A DNA stretch of 38,182 nucleotides, from positions 1-38,182 of IMG/VR virus record IMGVR_UViG_3300038809_000011. One strand, written 5' to 3'. This stretch comes from a virus. The notes beneath the pieces were generated by a model. The model was not told where the DNA came from, made no database searches, and saw only the letters and a program-made list of their open reading frames with translations. Position 1 is the first letter of the stretch; each line of letters opens with the position of its first letter. Positions 1-8,231 of this stretch are shown here, piece after piece. The translations under genes were made by a program, and so were the position numbers.

Positions 1-55
1 AAAACCGATTCTTTGCAGAAGTACTAATGAACGCATATTACTTCATCACACAGGC
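1..55. repeat. Terminal overlap copy 1 (identical to 38128-38182)
   Basis: Direct comparison: AAAACCGATTCTTTGCAGAAGTACTAATGAACGCATATTACTTCATCACACAGGC occurs at both ends. Confidence 0.95.
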
Positions 56-413
56 ATTTGTGGGTATTCCGTATTTTAAACGCAATAAAGACGAATCAGG
101 AAATGTAAAAACGACTGCTGATTCTAACGTGAAACAGTTAGCAGTCAGTGTAGGTTTAGGTTTTATTGCGATGGGTGCATTCAGTTATTTCTTAAACGGA
201 AATATGGTATTCCTAGATAGTTTGCAGAACGCAATCGCAATCACTGCACAATTCAGACAGATGAACGGTAAAGCGGACGGTTGGTTGTTGTGGGTAGTAT
301 CAAACATTATCAACATGATCGTATGGGCTTCAGTTGGGAATTGGATATTAGTAGCATCATTTGGTGCGTATGTTGTGATTGCTTTGACAGGATATTGGAA
401 TTGGAGTGAGTAG
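1..413 (+). CDS. pnuC: PnuC-like nicotinamide riboside/NMN transporter, C-terminal part (continues the ORF starting at 37917)
   Basis: In frame with 37917-38182 through the 55-nt overlap; the joined product is 207 aa. It is a multi-TM protein. ITAQFRQMNGKADGWLLWVVSNIINMIVW and the terminal LTGYWNW resemble PnuC signatures. The ORF-track start at 27 is an internal Met. Confidence 0.65.
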   Translation, partial: NRFFAEVLMNAYYFITQAFVGIPYFKRNKDESGNVKTTADSNVKQLAVSVGLGFIAMGAFSYFLNGNMVFLDSLQNAIAITAQFRQMNGKADGWLLWVVSNIINMIVWASVGNWILVASFGAYVVIALTGYWNWSE

Positions 414-416
414 AAG

Positions 417-638
417 ATGACTAAACCAATTATTTACAGTAAGTACAACTGTATGCAATGTAACTTTACTAAAAAATTTCTAACTGAACATAATATCGAA
501 TACACAGAAATCAATGTGGAAGACGACCAGGAAGCATTGGCACACGTTAAAGAGTTAGGCTTTCAGGCAGTGCCAGTCGTAGAAACGGAAACAGAAATTT
601 GGTATGGGTTTCAACCTGATAAGTTGGCAAAGTTATAA
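417..638 (+). CDS. nrdH: NrdH/glutaredoxin-like small redoxin
   Basis: 73 aa. CMQC redox motif near the N-terminus in a thioredoxin-fold context (KPIIYSKYNCMQCNFTKKFL ... AVPVV). The size is typical of NrdH. Confidence 0.75.
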   Translation: MTKPIIYSKYNCMQCNFTKKFLTEHNIEYTEINVEDDQEALAHVKELGFQAVPVVETETEIWYGFQPDKLAKL

Positions 639-661
639 ACCAAAACTTTGGAGGGATATTA

Positions 662-1075
662 TTGAAGAAAGGTACTTTTAATTTTATTGAACAAATTTTG
701 ATTGATTACACGCAGACTGAAAAACACATAGCCCAACGAATCCAGGAACTCAAATATCCAATGCAACAACCTGATGAGAATATTGGTGGTGGTAAGTCTT
801 CATTCACTTCAAACGTACCTGAACGTTTAGCAGTGACATTAGCAGACGACATGCTGCTAACTAATCTTAAACGTAATCATGATATTGTAACAGATGTGCT
901 ACAAGAGTTAGAACCCAACGCAAGACAAGTGATCGAGTTGTATTACATTAATAGTCCACGATTATATACATGGACGGGTGTCTCTGAAAAGACAAGATAT
1001 TCTGAAAAGCAATGCAGAAACATTCGAAACATTGTATTTGAGAAGATAGCTAAGAGATTAGGTATGATAATCTGA
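662..1075 (+). CDS. arpU: ArpU/RinA-type phage late transcriptional regulator
   Basis: 137 aa. TTG start 6 nt after GGAGGG. The C-terminal segment (ARQVIELYYI ... SEKQCRNIRNIVFEKIAKRL) looks sigma region-4/HTH-like. It is the last gene before the packaging module. Confidence 0.65.
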   Translation: MKKGTFNFIEQILIDYTQTEKHIAQRIQELKYPMQQPDENIGGGKSSFTSNVPERLAVTLADDMLLTNLKRNHDIVTDVLQELEPNARQVIELYYINSPRLYTWTGVSEKTRYSEKQCRNIRNIVFEKIAKRLGMII

Positions 1076-1247
1076 TTGCCGTTTTATTACCGTTTTGACA
1101 CTTAAAAGCATATATAATTATTAGTGTAGAAGATTAAGCAGACATACTAACTTCTACTTCCTCCTAAAGTATCTAACAAAAGTCTTGTGGTTACGGAAAT
1201 AACTTACAAGCAAATAGCTGAATACATTCAGTATTATATCCAAGCTA

Positions 1248-1277
1248 GGCAGTGAGCTAACTACTCACTGTCTTTTT
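1248..1277 (+). terminator. Intrinsic terminator about 175 nt downstream of arpU
   Basis: Stem CAGTGAG (1250-1256) pairs with CTCACTG (1264-1270), with a 7-nt loop, followed by TCTTTTT. Confidence 0.7.
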
Positions 1278-1379
1278 AATTAGTGAAGACTGTCGGTCAT
1301 GTTTAGCAAAGGCTAAGAAGTAGACGTCGACTTTAGCATGGACGGCAGTTTTGAGTAATTAATAAAAGGTGGTGAGTAA

Positions 1380-2585
1380 GTGACAAATGATGAACTAAGT
1401 GAACTGATTAGGCCAATGTATCGGAACGGTGTTGCCTGGGCTGTCATTGCTGATGAGTATGGGATTAAGTTAGAACGTGCAAGAGCAATCGCACGCAATT
1501 CTGACTGGTATGAGAAAGAACGTGATATTCGTAACGCACCAAGAAATAACGACATTCCATATGATGCAGAAGAATTCGACCGCAAGACAATTAATGCTGA
1601 CAGTTCGATTGCCAGTGAAATTAAAAAGAGAATGCAAGCTAAGAAAGTATTTACGAAACGTGAACTACTTGAAGTACATGCGTTAGATCCTGATGAATTT
1701 GAGATTTCAAATATCATTAGTAATGAATGGTCAGTAACGAATGGTGACGGTGAGAAGTTTTGGAACTATCAAAGTAAGATTTCTGCTAAGCCAAAATCAA
1801 AAGAACTCACTTTAGATCGTGTAGCTGAAATCATTAAGGATGTCGCACCAGTAACAATTGAGTTATTAACAGACGAAGTGCCAGAACAATATCTACGCTT
1901 ACCGTTTTACGATATGCACTTTGGTTTAAATACCTTTGAAGATTATAGCTATTTGCTAGCTAGAGTTGTGGATATTATTGAAAACTCTTACGAGGAAATT
2001 TTAATCATCGTTGGTGGTGATTATATTCATGTAGATAACCTTCAAGGTACGACAGAAAAAGGTACTTATATCGACACAGTAGACTTTGAAAAAGCTGTAA
2101 GTGATGCGACCAAATTCTTAAAAGTAATTATCGAAACGGCACTACGGTATTGTCCGAACGTCAAACTAACTTACTTGCCCGGAAATCACGCACCATCGAA
2201 TGATTACATGCTGATGCAAGTTATCAAAGCTACCTATCCTGATTTAAATGTGGATGATGCTATTACGGAGTTTAAACATGCTTGGTTAAATAATCACGCT
2301 ATTTTTATGCACCACGGAGATAAACGTAAAGCAAGTAATAAGATTATTGAAGTGATTGTCAGTGAGTATGCGAAAGAGTGGGGCGAAGCAAGTAGTCGTT
2401 ACTTAATTACAGGACACTTGCATCATGAGCGTTCACTCAGCAACTCAGGTATCACACATTATCAGGTCATGAGTCCAAGTAAACCTTCAAGCTATGACAA
2501 GCGTATGGGCTATGTGACAAGTGAGGATGGATTAATGTTGATTGAGTTTGATAAGAATAAGCGCAGTGCTATCTATTATCTATAA
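1380..2585 (+). CDS. HTH-like N-terminal domain fused to a calcineurin-like metallophosphoesterase domain
   Basis: GTG start after AAGGTGGTGA. All five metallophosphoesterase motifs occur in order: D-M-H (1911-1919), GGDYIHVD (2013-2036), GNH (2181-2189), HHGD (2310-2321), GHLHH (2412-2426). Confidence 0.7.
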   Translation: MTNDELSELIRPMYRNGVAWAVIADEYGIKLERARAIARNSDWYEKERDIRNAPRNNDIPYDAEEFDRKTINADSSIASEIKKRMQAKKVFTKRELLEVHALDPDEFEISNIISNEWSVTNGDGEKFWNYQSKISAKPKSKELTLDRVAEIIKDVAPVTIELLTDEVPEQYLRLPFYDMHFGLNTFEDYSYLLARVVDIIENSYEEILIIVGGDYIHVDNLQGTTEKGTYIDTVDFEKAVSDATKFLKVIIETALRYCPNVKLTYLPGNHAPSNDYMLMQVIKATYPDLNVDDAITEFKHAWLNNHAIFMHHGDKRKASNKIIEVIVSEYAKEWGEASSRYLITGHLHHERSLSNSGITHYQVMSPSKPSSYDKRMGYVTSEDGLMLIEFDKNKRSAIYYL

Positions 2586-2652
2586 AGGAGTAGTGATCCA
2601 ATTATCTTGGACTGACTGACATGCAGTCAGGCGATCGCTAAGTTATAAGGAG

Positions 2653-2970
2653 ATGATTGTAATAGCTAAAGAGTACGCTAAGTCTTTCTATGCAAGTAAG
2701 GCTTGGCTTCAATGCAGGCAAGGGTACATTAAGTCAGTGAATGGTTTGTGTGAGCGTTGCTTAAAGCGTAAGAAATATAAAAAAGGTTTGATTGTCCATC
2801 ATAAGATTTACATCACGCCTGAAAATATTAACGATGCAAACATTACATTGAATTGGGATAACTTAGAATACTTATGTCATGAATGTCACAATGCTGAACA
2901 CTTTAGTAAGTATGAAGCAACTAGAAACGATGTGACATTCGATTCAAACGGAAATTTAATTCAAGTATGA
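2653..2970 (+). CDS. HNH endonuclease (packaging-associated)
   Basis: 105 aa. CERC ... VHHKIY ... CHECHNAEH gives an HNH/zinc-finger pattern. It lies directly upstream of terS/terL, as in cos-type HNH-dependent packaging systems. Confidence 0.85.
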   Translation: MIVIAKEYAKSFYASKAWLQCRQGYIKSVNGLCERCLKRKKYKKGLIVHHKIYITPENINDANITLNWDNLEYLCHECHNAEHFSKYEATRNDVTFDSNGNLIQV

Positions 2971-3064
2971 CTCCCCCTATCATCTAAAATTTTTAAAAAT
3001 TATTGGGGACCGAGTGGGGACCTAAATATAACGCACAGGCACTCCGCGTGAGGGGTGTAGTTAA
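2971..3064. other. Candidate cos / terminase recognition region
   Basis: A G+C-rich island in an AT-rich spacer between HNH and terS. It contains CTCCCCC (2971-2977), two TGGGGACC copies 11 nt apart (3004-3011, 3015-3022) and CACTCCGCGTGAGGGGTG (3040-3057). Confidence 0.35.
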
Positions 3065-3121
3065 CATAATAAAGGTGGTGATTTTATCAGAACGAAGAAA
3101 GTTTTAACCGTAGATGAGCGT

Positions 3122-3454
3122 GTGAAGAAAGAAGAAGCAAAACTTTGGGGCGCTTTGTCAGAACTTAGCGATAACAAGAAAGAGATTGTGCAAGGCACCG
3201 TTGCTGACGCAGCGTTCAAGGCAATTCAGTTGGAAGATTTGCATAAGCAAATTCAAGACGAAGGTGTTATCGAAGAATACCAAAATGGTGCTAATCAATC
3301 TGGACGTAAAGTATCGTCTATTGTTCAAGTTTATAATTCTTTGGATAAAAGTTACCAATCGCAAATCAAGTTGCTACTTGATGCTTTACCAAAAGATGTA
3401 GCAGAAGTTGATGATGGCTTCGATAGCTTCATCCGAGGACGTGATAGTGATTGA
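3122..3454 (+). CDS. terS: Terminase small subunit, P27-family-like
   Basis: The pattern LWGALSEL ... AAFKAIQLEDLHKQIQDEGVI ... NGANQSGRKVSSIVQVYN resembles P27-type TerS. It overlaps the terL start. The start is uncertain: the frame is open from 3065, and a strong SD (3071-3080) precedes an in-frame ATC at 3086. Confidence 0.7.
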   Translation: MKKEEAKLWGALSELSDNKKEIVQGTVADAAFKAIQLEDLHKQIQDEGVIEEYQNGANQSGRKVSSIVQVYNSLDKSYQSQIKLLLDALPKDVAEVDDGFDSFIRGRDSD

Positions 3455-5133
3455 GTTACCTAAATTACAATCCTATCACTGAATACTACCAACAAATGCT
3501 AAATGACGAAGTAACAGTTGGCAATAAGATATTCAAGACTTATAAACATAACGTAGAAGACATTATTAGAAATAAGAAATCGCAATGGAAATACGATCAT
3601 GAGAAGGCAATGCACGCAATAGAGTTTATTGAACGATATTGTAAGCACTCGAAAGGTGCTAATGCAGGTCAACCGTTCATTTTGGAACTGTGGCAAAAGG
3701 CATTAGTTGCAGCTGCTTTTGGAATCGTGGACAAAAAGACAAATACACGGAAATATCACGAAACATTATTGATTGTGGGTCGTAAGAATGGTAAGTCAAC
3801 ACTTGCTGCTGCAATCGGTCTTTACATGATGATTGGTGACGGTGAGCATGGACCAGAAATCTATTCGGTCGCGACTAAAAAAGACCAAGCCAAAATCATT
3901 TGGTTAGAGTCTAAGCGGATGATACAAAAGTCGCCTGCACTTAGAAAACGTATCAAAACGAAAGTAGCTGAAATCGAAAGTGGCATTAATGACGGTGTTT
4001 TTAAACCGCTTGGCCGTGATTCAGATACTTTAGATGGTTTGAACGTGCATTGTGGGCTATTCGATGAAGTCCACGCGTGGAAAGATATGAACTTATATGA
4101 CGTTATTGTCGATGGTACATCCGCGCGTGATGAGCCTATGATTTTCACTTCGTCTACTGCGGGGACTGTGAGGGAGTCAGTGTTTGACCGTTTATATGAC
4201 GAGTCGGAAATGATTATCAATGGTTATGATGATCCAGATGGTTATGTGAACGAACGTATGCTGCCAATCATCTACGAACTAGATAATCGGAACGAATGGA
4301 CTGACCCAGAATGTTGGGCGAAAGCTAATCCAGGTCTTGGCACAATTAAACGTGTTGAAAACCTAGCGGACAAAGTCAATAAGGCAAAAGCTGACCCAAA
4401 ACAAGTCAAGAACTTGGTGTGTAAGGACTTCAATATCCGAGAAACATCAAGTGAAGCATGGTTGACGTTTGAACAAGCAAATAATCAAGAAACATTCGAC
4501 ATTACCGAGTTAAAACCAAGATATGGTATCGGTGGTGTCGATTTGTCGTCTACAACCGACTTAACGTGTGCATCCGTGATATTCAAAGTACCAAATGATG
4601 ACCGTATATACGTTGAACAAATGTATTGGTTGCCTGAAGACTTACTAGAGAAGCGTGTCGCTGAAGACAAGATACCGTACGACAAATGGTATGAAATGGG
4701 TCTACTTCGAACGACACCAGGTAATAAAGTGCATTATAAATACGTGGTTGATTGGTACATGGAAGTACAGAACGAGAAAGATATCTATATCTACAAAGTA
4801 GGTTACGATGCTTGGTCTGCAACTTACTTCGTTGAAGATATGAAAGGTGTGTTCGGTGAAGAAGTCATGCAAGCAGTCATTCAAGGGAAAAAAACATTGT
4901 CAAGCCCTATGAAATCACTAGGTGCTGACTTCGAAGCAAATCGAATTATTTACAATAACAATCCAATTCTGAAATGGAACTTAACAAATGTGGCGATTGA
5001 TGTTGATAAAAATGACAACATTCAGCCAATAAAAACAAGCAACACAAAGAAAAGGATTGACGGCTTTGCGAGTCTGCTAGATGCGTATGTGATATACGAG
5101 AACAATTTAGAAGACTACATGGCCGTAATTTAA
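3451..5133 (+). CDS. terL: Terminase large subunit
   Basis: 560 aa. Walker A-like GRKNGKST, a LFDEVH-type Walker B, and a C-terminal nuclease-like region. TTG start overlaps the terS stop. Confidence 0.9.
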   Translation: MSYLNYNPITEYYQQMLNDEVTVGNKIFKTYKHNVEDIIRNKKSQWKYDHEKAMHAIEFIERYCKHSKGANAGQPFILELWQKALVAAAFGIVDKKTNTRKYHETLLIVGRKNGKSTLAAAIGLYMMIGDGEHGPEIYSVATKKDQAKIIWLESKRMIQKSPALRKRIKTKVAEIESGINDGVFKPLGRDSDTLDGLNVHCGLFDEVHAWKDMNLYDVIVDGTSARDEPMIFTSSTAGTVRESVFDRLYDESEMIINGYDDPDGYVNERMLPIIYELDNRNEWTDPECWAKANPGLGTIKRVENLADKVNKAKADPKQVKNLVCKDFNIRETSSEAWLTFEQANNQETFDITELKPRYGIGGVDLSSTTDLTCASVIFKVPNDDRIYVEQMYWLPEDLLEKRVAEDKIPYDKWYEMGLLRTTPGNKVHYKYVVDWYMEVQNEKDIYIYKVGYDAWSATYFVEDMKGVFGEEVMQAVIQGKKTLSSPMKSLGADFEANRIIYNNNPILKWNLTNVAIDVDKNDNIQPIKTSNTKKRIDGFASLLDAYVIYENNLEDYMAVI

Positions 5134-5152
5134 AACAGGAAGGAGGGATATT

Positions 5153-6349
5153 TTGGGATGGTTAGATAAATTATTTAATCGACAACAAGAACGTGTAACG
5201 ACAACTGAATACAAGATGATTGTAGACACAGGCGACTCATTCTTTGCTTACAACGGGCAATACTACGAGTCAGACATTGTACGTTCATGTATCAGACCAA
5301 AAGCCCAAGCAGTTGGTAAAGCAGTCGGTAAACATATCCGTGAGTACAATGGGAAAACTGATGTAAACCCAGATGTGTACTTGCGTTTCTTACTTGAAGA
5401 ACCTAATCAATTAATGACAGGCCAAATGCTTTTGGAAAAAATGACTGTTCAGTTGATGCTGAACAACAATGCCTTTGCATTAATCCAACGTGACAGTAAC
5501 GGTTTAGCAAATGCGATTTATCCGATTGACTCAGCAAGCGGTGTTGAAGCAATTCAAGATAAGTCAGGTGCAATGTACTTACGTTTCAATATGTCGGACG
5601 GTAAATATTACACGTTCAGATATGCAGACATTATTCATTTAAGGCGAGATTTCTATTCTAATCAAATCTTTGGTGATAACCCTGGTAAAGCATTGTCAAA
5701 CTTAATGGAAGTTGTCACAACAACAGACCAGGGCTTGATTAAGGCAATTAAAAACTCGAACGTGATCCGATGGCTATTGAAATTCAATCAAACGTTACGT
5801 CCAGAAGACTTGGAGAACCAAACAAAGAAATTCGTTGAAACTTACTTAAGTTCCGAGTCAGACGTAACAGGTGCTGCCGCAACCGATGCGAAGTTCGATG
5901 CACAACAGGTAACACCTAATAACTACGTGCCTGATGCCAAACAAAATGAAAACATCATTCAACGGATTTACAGTTTTTTCAATACGAACGAGAAAATCGT
6001 TCAATCAAGCCACAATGAAGATGAGTGGATTTCTTATTATGAAGCGGAAATCGAACCAGTTGTAACACAATTGTCTGGTGAGTTCACTAGAAAATTATTT
6101 ACAAGACGAGAACGTGGCTTTGGTAACTCAATCATCTTTGAAAGCTCAAATCTGTCGTTTGCAAGTATGCAGACAAGATTGCAGTTAGCTGGATTAGTTG
6201 ATAGGGGTGTTATCAGTCCAAACGAAATGCGTAAATACTTGAACTTAGCACCAATTGATAGCGGTGACGAGTACATTCGTAGACTTGATACTGCACCAAT
6301 TGAAAGCAGTAAAGGGGGTGATAATACAGATGGCGAAAGTGAAGATTAA
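5153..6349 (+). CDS. Portal protein (HK97-family-like)
   Basis: 398 aa. TTG start 5 nt after AGGAGGG. The position between terL and the prohead protease, and the sequence character, fit a portal. Confidence 0.85.
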   Translation: MGWLDKLFNRQQERVTTTEYKMIVDTGDSFFAYNGQYYESDIVRSCIRPKAQAVGKAVGKHIREYNGKTDVNPDVYLRFLLEEPNQLMTGQMLLEKMTVQLMLNNNAFALIQRDSNGLANAIYPIDSASGVEAIQDKSGAMYLRFNMSDGKYYTFRYADIIHLRRDFYSNQIFGDNPGKALSNLMEVVTTTDQGLIKAIKNSNVIRWLLKFNQTLRPEDLENQTKKFVETYLSSESDVTGAAATDAKFDAQQVTPNNYVPDAKQNENIIQRIYSFFNTNEKIVQSSHNEDEWISYYEAEIEPVVTQLSGEFTRKLFTRRERGFGNSIIFESSNLSFASMQTRLQLAGLVDRGVISPNEMRKYLNLAPIDSGDEYIRRLDTAPIESSKGGDNTDGESED

Positions 6350-6986
6350 CGGAACAATTGTAAGCTCAAATGACAAATGGATTTACGACTTATACGAAAT
6401 TGAGTCATTCGCACCTAGTGACCTATACAAAGTGCTAAATGATAACACAGAAGTAGAACCGCTTGATATTGAGATTAACTCACCTGGTGGATATGTGTTT
6501 GATGGTAGTGAAATCTATACTGCATTGCTTAATCACAAAGGTAAAGTTACCGTAACAATTACAGGCATTGCAGCATCAATGGCGAGTGTCATTGCAATGG
6601 CAGGTGATACAGTGAAGATTAGTCCGACTGCTCAAATCATGATTCACAATGCGAGTGGACGTGTAGCTGGTGACTATCGCGACATGGAACATTATGCAAA
6701 CACTTTGCGTAAGACCAATGACACAATCGCAAACGCATACGTTAGCAAAACAGGTCTTTCAAAAGACGACTTGTTAAGTTTAATGGATGATGAAACGTGG
6801 CTCACACCTGATGATGCCTTAACTTATGGCTTTGCTGATGAAATTCTAGGTAATCAAGGTGGCGAATTACAATTAGTCGCAGGCTTTGAGCCAAACCTAT
6901 TACCCAATGAAGTGATCAATAAGGTAAAACGTGACAAGGAATTGGCACAGATTGAAATTTTAAAATTAAAAGGAGATGTAATTTAA
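6330..6986 (+). CDS. ClpP-like prohead serine protease
   Basis: INSPGGYVFDG ... GIAASMASVIAMAG ... MIHNA matches the S14/ClpP-type pattern. ATG at 6330 follows AAAGGGGGTG. The longer ORF-track start at 6255 would overlap the portal gene by 95 nt. Confidence 0.85.
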   Translation: MAKVKINGTIVSSNDKWIYDLYEIESFAPSDLYKVLNDNTEVEPLDIEINSPGGYVFDGSEIYTALLNHKGKVTVTITGIAASMASVIAMAGDTVKISPTAQIMIHNASGRVAGDYRDMEHYANTLRKTNDTIANAYVSKTGLSKDDLLSLMDDETWLTPDDALTYGFADEILGNQGGELQLVAGFEPNLLPNEVINKVKRDKELAQIEILKLKGDVI

Positions 6987-8206
6987 TGAACAAACAACAA
7001 TATTTGGAACAACGTAATGCTTTACTTGCTGAAGCTGAAACTTTGGTAAATGAAGCAAAATTTGATGAGTCTGCTCAAAAACGTGATGAGGTAACTGCTT
7101 TAGACGAAACTTTTGAAAAAGCTAGCAAGGAGTTGGCGAACTTAAATGCGTTACGAGATGAGCAAGCACCGATTGATTTTGAGAATAATGCAACCGCCGT
7201 AAAAGAAGGAGTGAAAATCGAAGATATGAAATCAAACAACACAACTATTAACTACGAAGACGTATTCGCAAAAGTAGCGTTAAAACGTGACTTAACACCA
7301 GATGAAGAACAAGTGTTCAATGCATACAACCCAACTAACGTATACACGCACACAACTACTAACACTGAGATTGTAATCCCAGAAACAGTTGTTTCAGGCA
7401 TTATTTCTACAATGGAAGAATTACACCCAATCTTAGCTGATGTGCGTTCTACACGTATCAAAGGTACTGTTAAGTACGTTAAACACACAGGCATTGCTGC
7501 AGGTGATGCAGATTACTACGATGAAGCAACTGCTACTGCCGATGAAGAAAACGTATTTGGCGAATTAACTTTAGGTGCTAAGGAACTTTCTAAGGCTGTT
7601 ACAGTATCTTGGAAATTACAAGCAATGGCCGTATCTGACTTCATTCCATTTATCCAACGTGAGTTAGGTGAACGTATGTCATACGCTAAAGCTAACGCAT
7701 TTGTTCGTGGTGCTGGAGATGCGAAATATCCACAAGGTATCATCACTGCATTAGATGCACAAGCTGACAAACCACAAATCGCTGAGTATGCGGCAGAAAC
7801 AGGTATCACTTACAAAGATATCACTTCTGCAATGGCTAAATTGAAATCTAAATACGCTGGTGGCGCTAAGATTTACGCAAATAACGCAACAATCTGGAAC
7901 CAATTAGCAAACATTGTTGACGGTAACGGTCGTCCAATCTTCATTGCTGATGCAACAGTTGGTGGTGCAGGTCGTATCTTCGGTATTCCAGTGGCAGAAG
8001 AAGATGCAATCAATGACGGTGAAGTGTTATTCGGTAACGTATCTTCTGGTTACACTGAAAACGTGCAAGAAGCTATGACATTAACTACTGAACAACATGC
8101 TAAAGGTCGTACAACTGACTTTGTTGGTTACGAAGTACACGATGCTGGTGTAACTGACGAATTCGCGTTCGCTTTAGTTCGTCCTACAACTGTTCCTGCA
8201 GGTTAA
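6986..8206 (+). CDS. Major capsid protein (HK97-fold) with N-terminal coiled-coil delta domain
   Basis: 406 aa immediately after the protease. It has a Glu/Ala/Lys-rich N-terminal ~100 aa and then a capsid-like body. Confidence 0.85.
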   Translation: MNKQQYLEQRNALLAEAETLVNEAKFDESAQKRDEVTALDETFEKASKELANLNALRDEQAPIDFENNATAVKEGVKIEDMKSNNTTINYEDVFAKVALKRDLTPDEEQVFNAYNPTNVYTHTTTNTEIVIPETVVSGIISTMEELHPILADVRSTRIKGTVKYVKHTGIAAGDADYYDEATATADEENVFGELTLGAKELSKAVTVSWKLQAMAVSDFIPFIQRELGERMSYAKANAFVRGAGDAKYPQGIITALDAQADKPQIAEYAAETGITYKDITSAMAKLKSKYAGGAKIYANNATIWNQLANIVDGNGRPIFIADATVGGAGRIFGIPVAEEDAINDGEVLFGNVSSGYTENVQEAMTLTTEQHAKGRTTDFVGYEVHDAGVTDEFAFALVRPTTVPAG

Positions 8207-8231
8207 TCAAAATCAAAGGCGGTGTTAGCTT

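Noticed and set aside
1-55. The 55-nt end duplication as genuine physical terminal redundancy or cohesive ends
   Set aside because: It interrupts an ORF. The gene content (HNH plus P27 TerS) points to a cos site near terS, and a fixed short exact overlap is typical of assembler circularisation. It remains testable with read-end data.
1095-1118. Consensus TTGACA and TATAAT hexamers that look like a strong sigma-A promoter for the late genes
   Set aside because: The spacer is only 12 nt, against the required 16-18. I do not call it a functional canonical promoter. It is kept only as part of the leader description.
1313-1717. 134-aa minus-strand ORF overlapping the start of the metallophosphoesterase gene
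   Set aside because: It is an antisense shadow of a well-supported plus-strand gene. It has a Ser-rich, low-complexity translation and no SD, and it runs against the uniform plus-strand late transcription.
6255-6329. Longer upstream start for the prohead protease (ORF-track 6255)
   Set aside because: It would overlap the portal gene by 95 nt and add a non-conserved-looking N-terminus. ATG 6330 has a strong SD (AAAGGGGGTG).
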